From an uncultured Gammaproteobacteria bacterium (GTDB lineage: Bacteria > Patescibacteriota > Patescibacteriia > Magasanikbacterales > GWA2-37-8): DNA of 47,968 nt. Both the position numbers and the translations under genes were made by a program. The notes beneath the pieces are model-generated. The model was not told the DNA's origin. It was given only the letters and a program-made list of their open reading frames with translations, and did not search any database. The DNA lies in contig CAYTPE010000003.1 in assembly GCA_964439885.1 (NCBI GenBank), positions 1-47,968 of the forward strand, given 5' to 3'. This document shows positions 44,776 to 47,968 of the stretch, one piece after another. Numbering within the stretch: position 1 is the first letter of the stretch; each line of letters starts with the position of its first letter.

Positions 44776-44837
44776 TTCAACGGATAGAACAAACCCGTCC
44801 TAAGGGTAAGATGTGTGTTCAATTCATACTGGGGCCA
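44766..44837 (+). tRNA. tRNA-Arg (anticodon CCT)
   Basis: Acceptor ggcccca/tggggcc, D arm gttc-aacggata-gaac, anticodon loop gtcctaa, T arm gtgtg-ttcaatt-catac. It overlaps the TrmB stop codon. Confidence 0.85.
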
Positions 44838-44959
44838 CAAGTAAAATGTCAAAATCCCAATGTCTAATGTCAAGTCAAGCTCAAAATCCTAAGCTTCAGC
44901 TGTATTGTCAGAATTGAGTAGATAGTATAGTATTTAGTCATTGTAAATTTGGATTTCAT

Positions 44960-44987
44960 TTGACATTAGAAATTTAGCGTTTGAAAT
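44960..44987 (+). promoter_or_regulatory. Putative promoter of tRNA-Ala(CGC): TTGACA-16 nt-TGAAAT
   Basis: Near-identical to the block at 7122-7149. It ends 7 nt before the tRNA 5' end. Confidence 0.45.
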
Positions 44988-44994
44988 TATCAAT

Positions 44995-45065
44995 GGGCCT
45001 ATAGTACAGTGGTAGTACATGGCATTCGCATTGCCGAGACGGGGGTCCGATTCCCCCTAGGTCCA
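44995..45065 (+). tRNA. tRNA-Ala (anticodon CGC)
   Basis: Acceptor gggccta/taggtcc with G3:U70, D arm gtac-agtggta-gtac, anticodon arm tggca-ttcgcat-tgccg, T arm ggggg-tccgatt-ccccc. Confidence 0.85.
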
Positions 45066-45318
45066 CTACTTCGCTCAGTCCGCTGAGGCGGACTGAGCTT
45101 CGCGGTGTAGACACCCACGACATCAGTAACACTCTTAACCGGTGTTTTTTGTTTTATGTAGTTTTGGGTCGCAGTGGGGATAACTCTGTGGGTAAATGTA
45201 TTATTTGTATACAATAATGTATACAAATTTTAATTAATTTAGCTAATATTAGCCAAATTAGATTTTAGTTTTGCTTATACTTATCCACTTCTGCGTGCTT
45301 GTGAGATTGGTAATTGTT

Positions 45319-45386
45319 TGTCATTCCACGGAGGTTTGGAAACTGTTTATTTGAACGACGAGATTCCCGCTCTGGCGGGAATGACA
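45319..45386. repeat. GTCAT...ATGAC palindromic repeat (short copy)
   Basis: tgtcattcc (45319-45327) / ggaatgaca (45378-45386) is a perfect 9-bp IR. There is an internal cccgc…gcggg hairpin. Confidence 0.5.
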
Positions 45387-45422
45387 GGTAAAAATTGATG
45401 ATTTATTGGGTTTTGCAAAGAA

Positions 45423-45438
45423 TGTTTCACGTGAAACA
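45423..45438. promoter_or_regulatory. parS site 1 (TGTTTCACGTGAAACA)
   Basis: A perfect 16-bp palindrome (20 bp with flanks) matching the ParB/Spo0J parS consensus tGTTNCACGTGAAACa. Confidence 0.75.
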
Positions 45439-45526
45439 TTCTGTGTTTTAAATGTATAATTGAACTGGTAGCGAGCTATTTCTACAATTGCTTCACTACA
45501 ACCAAAAATTAACACATATTTTTGGC

Positions 45527-45617
45527 TGTCATCTTGACCCGCCGCAGGCGGGGAAAGATCTAAGCGACGTTATTTTGTCCAATTGAACTTAGATTCTTCG
45601 CTACGCTCAGAATGACA
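45527..45617. repeat. GTCAT...ATGAC palindromic repeat (91-bp copy)
   Basis: tgtcatcttga…aagatctaag mirrors cttagattctt…tcagaatgaca. Confidence 0.5.
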
Positions 45618-45683
45618 ATGGGAGAAATTCGGTATGAGTTCATTTGAATGTGAATATCAGATTTAGTACTTTTAAAGTAAAAT

Positions 45684-45699
45684 TGTTTCACGTGAAACA
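45684..45699. promoter_or_regulatory. parS site 2 (TGTTTCACGTGAAACA)
   Basis: A perfect 16-bp parS consensus match. Confidence 0.75.
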
Positions 45700-45770
45700 T
45701 TTGTAAATGCTAATGCTCTGTAACGTCAGATATAATCGACCGCAATTTCTGCGGCTTCTTGAGGAGGGTC

Positions 45771-46001
45771 ATGAAAAAGCGAATGAGTCACGTTGGTTTC
45801 CTCATGGTTGTGATGGCCAGTGGTTGCCATCACGGCCTGGACAAGGATCTCGCGGATGAGATGAAGCGCATGGTCAAGGTCTGCAAGACCGGTGCCAAGG
45901 AGAAGGTGTACGCAGAACAGGCACAGCGCAACCGGAAGCGCGAACGGGAAGCTGCTGAGAAGGTCGAGGAGGCCGCCGCCAAGCACCGCAGCCACCTCTA
46001 G
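45771..46001 (+). CDS. Small putative lipoprotein encoded in a GC-rich islet
   Basis: 76 aa. MKKRMSHVGFLMVVMASGC carries a lipobox, followed by a Lys/Glu-rich helix. GAGGAGG lies just upstream and a 9-bp GC hairpin (46028-46050) downstream. Confidence 0.55.
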   Translation: MKKRMSHVGFLMVVMASGCHHGLDKDLADEMKRMVKVCKTGAKEKVYAEQAQRNRKREREAAEKVEEAAAKHRSHL

Positions 46002-46065
46002 GCCTGCAGGAAGGCGGCCGATCAGTGCCTGCCCCGAACTCCGGGGCAGGCGTATCATACGCAAA

Positions 46066-46081
46066 TGTTTGACGTGAAACA
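46066..46081. promoter_or_regulatory. parS site 3 (TGTTTGACGTGAAACA, one mismatch)
   Basis: 15/16 match to the two sites above, with flanks aaa/ttt extending the palindrome. Confidence 0.65.
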
Positions 46082-46297
46082 TTTGGGTAAAAAATAAAAC
46101 AAACTAATTAATCTAAAGTGATCATTTCTGCCTGCCGAACCAAGCGGTAAGTATTTATAAATTGATACAAATATTCATATATAAATAATTAAATTTATAA
46201 GCAAAATAATCAACAGGTCACACTGTTTTTTTGTACCTAAAAGGTGTATAATAATATGAGTAGCCAAATTAGTTATTTTTTAGCAAGCGAGCAAGGT

Positions 46298-46948
46298 ATG
46301 AAAAGTATGAAAAGTATGAAAAAATTATACTCGGCCGCACTGATTGGAGCAGTGCTTTTTTTTCCGATGGTAGTTCTGGCTGCCATGTCTTCTACCAATT
46401 ACACAATCTATGCTGATAGTATAGGCCTCGGAGGCGGGCTTGTGAGTACGAGTTCGGCGTACACTTTGAATGATACGATAGCCAACAGTCTGGACGCGGT
46501 GAACGCCACCAGCTCTTCGTATATTATGCGTGGCGGCTATCAAAGCTTGGACCGGAGTTCGTTGAGTGTGCAGATATCCACTTCGTCACTCAATCTCGGC
46601 ACGCTCGATCGTGTGTCGGTGAAGACGGCTGAAACAACTGTCACTGTTACGTCAAACGCAGCCAGTGGGTACACACTCAGTGTGAACGGTCTGAGCGGAA
46701 CGATGCCAGATCCGGTACAAGGCGGAACAGTCCGAGCGGGGAATAACGCATATGGTGTGGCAGTGAGCGGCGCTTCGGCGGCGTTTGTGGGAGATCAGGG
46801 TGTCACCGACAATATGGTGCTTGCGCAGTCGTCGGGTGAGGTATCCAATGACGCCACCACACTTACATTCAAAGCGGCCATGAGCGGATCGAGCGTGCCC
46901 GGATCTTATTCTCAATCGATATCCCTTTTGATCACAGCGAACTTCTAA
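46298..46948 (+). CDS. Secreted beta-rich surface-subunit-like protein
   Basis: Signal peptide MKKLYSAALIGAVLFFPMVVLAA, Ser/Thr/Gly-rich beta repeats, and a C-terminal PGSYSQSISLLITANF strand. The start is ambiguous among ATGs at 46256, 46298, 46307 and 46316. Confidence 0.7.
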   Translation: MKSMKSMKKLYSAALIGAVLFFPMVVLAAMSSTNYTIYADSIGLGGGLVSTSSAYTLNDTIANSLDAVNATSSSYIMRGGYQSLDRSSLSVQISTSSLNLGTLDRVSVKTAETTVTVTSNAASGYTLSVNGLSGTMPDPVQGGTVRAGNNAYGVAVSGASAAFVGDQGVTDNMVLAQSSGEVSNDATTLTFKAAMSGSSVPGSYSQSISLLITANF

Positions 46949-46950
46949 AT

Positions 46951-47832
46951 ATGCTCAAACGATGTCTGTATAGTTTAGTAAGTGGTTGGGCAGTCGTGTT
47001 GCTTTTTGGGTGTGCTGTGCAGGCTAATGCGCTTACGCTAAGCCCGATAAAATATGAATCAGTTGTCGATCAGGGCGGCGAACAAGTTTATAAATTATAT
47101 ATCACCAACGATTCTAAAAGTACCAAAACATATGCGCTATCAGTAGCTACCGTGACGGCTGATGACTATGGACACGTGCAGTTCGTTTCAAGCTCATACG
47201 ATCCAGCGGCACATTGGATCTCATTTTCTACCACGACATTAGCTGTTCGCAAAAAAGCACAGACCACGATTTCGTTCACGGCACAGGTTCCTTCGGACGC
47301 TCCATCTGGCGTGCACTACCTCGCTATTGTCGTGGAAGAAAAACCACCTACAGGACAAATAGGCGTGGGCATTAAAGCCGCCTCACTCCTTGCGCTGCAT
47401 GTTGCGGGTGTTGCTCACGAGGCCCTCCAAGTACAGCAAAAAGAAATAGAATACATAACGGCCACATCTACGGGATTGCGCTTCACATTACACAACGCGG
47501 GAAATGTCGAAGTGTTCGCCACTGCTCGTCTTGAAGTTCAGCCCGCCAGCAAATCCTCACGAGAAAGAATACTTGCAGTCGGGAATGAAATATTAGCCGG
47601 TACCAATCGAACGCTCAAAGTTGAAGTTCCTTTTGAGCATCTCAGTGCCTGGTGGCCTACCAAAGAAAAATTTATGCTTAACATTACGTACGGGATGACT
47701 GAACAACACATATTAGTGAGTGTCACAAAATTATATGTGCCGCGAAACGCACAGATTATTTTTAGCGTGGTTTTATTACTAGCCGTTGTTGGAGCGATAC
47801 TTAGTAAAATATATGTTTTTGAAAAAAAATAA
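46951..47832 (+). CDS. Surface protein with a signal peptide, Ig-like/chaperone-like domains and a C-terminal TM anchor
   Basis: 293 aa. LTLSPIKYESVVDQGGEQVYKLYITNDSKSTKTYALSV… then …IIFSVVLLLAVVGAILSKIYVF. It starts 3 nt after the previous stop. Confidence 0.7.
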   Translation: MLKRCLYSLVSGWAVVLLFGCAVQANALTLSPIKYESVVDQGGEQVYKLYITNDSKSTKTYALSVATVTADDYGHVQFVSSSYDPAAHWISFSTTTLAVRKKAQTTISFTAQVPSDAPSGVHYLAIVVEEKPPTGQIGVGIKAASLLALHVAGVAHEALQVQQKEIEYITATSTGLRFTLHNAGNVEVFATARLEVQPASKSSRERILAVGNEILAGTNRTLKVEVPFEHLSAWWPTKEKFMLNITYGMTEQHILVSVTKLYVPRNAQIIFSVVLLLAVVGAILSKIYVFEKK

Positions 47833-47968
47833 AATTTTTGTTTCAGCTATTCTCACAGCAACAATTATTCTGCGTTTTTGTGGTCTACAAGCAGTGTCGG
47901 CAACGACGGTTTCAGATTCGATTTCAGTTGGACTGACAATCCCGAATGTGGGGGGCGGAGGTGGGGGT
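47813..47968 (+). CDS. Secreted protein, 5' fragment running off the window
   Basis: My own translation: MFLKKNKIFVSAILTATIILRFCGLQAVSATTVSDSISVGLTIPNVGGGGG. The frame stays open to the window end and overlaps the previous gene by 20 nt. It is not in the ORF track because it has no stop. Confidence 0.45.
   Translation, partial: MFLKKNKIFVSAILTATIILRFCGLQAVSATTVSDSISVGLTIPNVGGGGGG

Noticed and set aside
44766-45400. A classical tRNA-integrated genomic island or prophage downstream of tRNA-Arg/tRNA-Ala.
   Set aside because: I found no integrase, no phage genes and no direct repeat of either tRNA 3' end in the following 1.5 kb. I kept it only as a compositional mosaic.
44556-45515. Minus-strand ORFs 44556-44873, 44999-45226 and 45321-45515.
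   Set aside because: They run antisense through tRNA-Arg, tRNA-Ala or the palindromic repeats and parS 1. They have no RBS and their sequences are repeat-derived.
45726-46082. 118-aa minus-strand ORF starting MFHVKHL.
   Set aside because: Its start codon is simply the ATG embedded in the parS palindrome (ATGTTTCACGTGAAACAT). It runs antisense to the SD-preceded lipoprotein ORF and has Ala/Leu/Gly-rich GC-driven composition.

Overview
The window is an origin-proximal chromosomal segment of a small-genome bacterium. Housekeeping genes run roughly 40-50% G+C by hand count. The gene content and the many lineage-specific hypotheticals suggest a Patescibacteria/CPR-like organism, but that is inference only. 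The core is rpmH-rnpA-yidD diverging from dnaA-dnaN, with DnaA-box clusters on both sides of dnaA (oriC). Other confident genes are ahcY plus an adenosine-kinase-like PfkB kinase, uppS, class Ia ribonucleotide reductase nrdAB, nfo, tig, a membrane pyrophosphatase, a LysM/M23 peptidase, polA, ndh-2 with a DoxX protein, rpsT, rmuC, holA and an ECF sigma factor with a DUF4349-like partner. There is also an operon mixing a TPP enzyme, an aldehyde dehydrogenase and three lipoproteins. I folded four tRNAs by hand: Ala-TGC, Cys-GCA, Arg-CCT and Ala-CGC. I found no CRISPR array, integrase, transposase, reverse transcriptase or recognisable defence genes. The most unusual stretch is 42.9-46.2 kb. It is a tRNA-associated mosaic holding two ~60% G+C islets in very AT-rich DNA. 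One islet encodes an orphan RNA polymerase alpha-CTD-like protein and the other a tiny lipoprotein. The same stretch has three parS sites and several GTCAT...ATGAC palindromic repeats. At fine scale the window is full of 7-bp-phased degenerate tandem repeats. These include a paired AATTAACAA/TTGTTAATT motif upstream of four genes, a TTGACAT-phased promoter-like block abutting two tRNAs and two SD-less CDS starts, and in-frame 3x7-nt repeats inside polA and an O-antigen-ligase gene. That ligase gene also carries two ~110-bp MITE-like palindromic inserts. The window ends in a secreted-protein cluster reminiscent of Gram-positive WxL/DUF916 surface loci. All family assignments come from motifs read by eye, and nothing was searched against a database.
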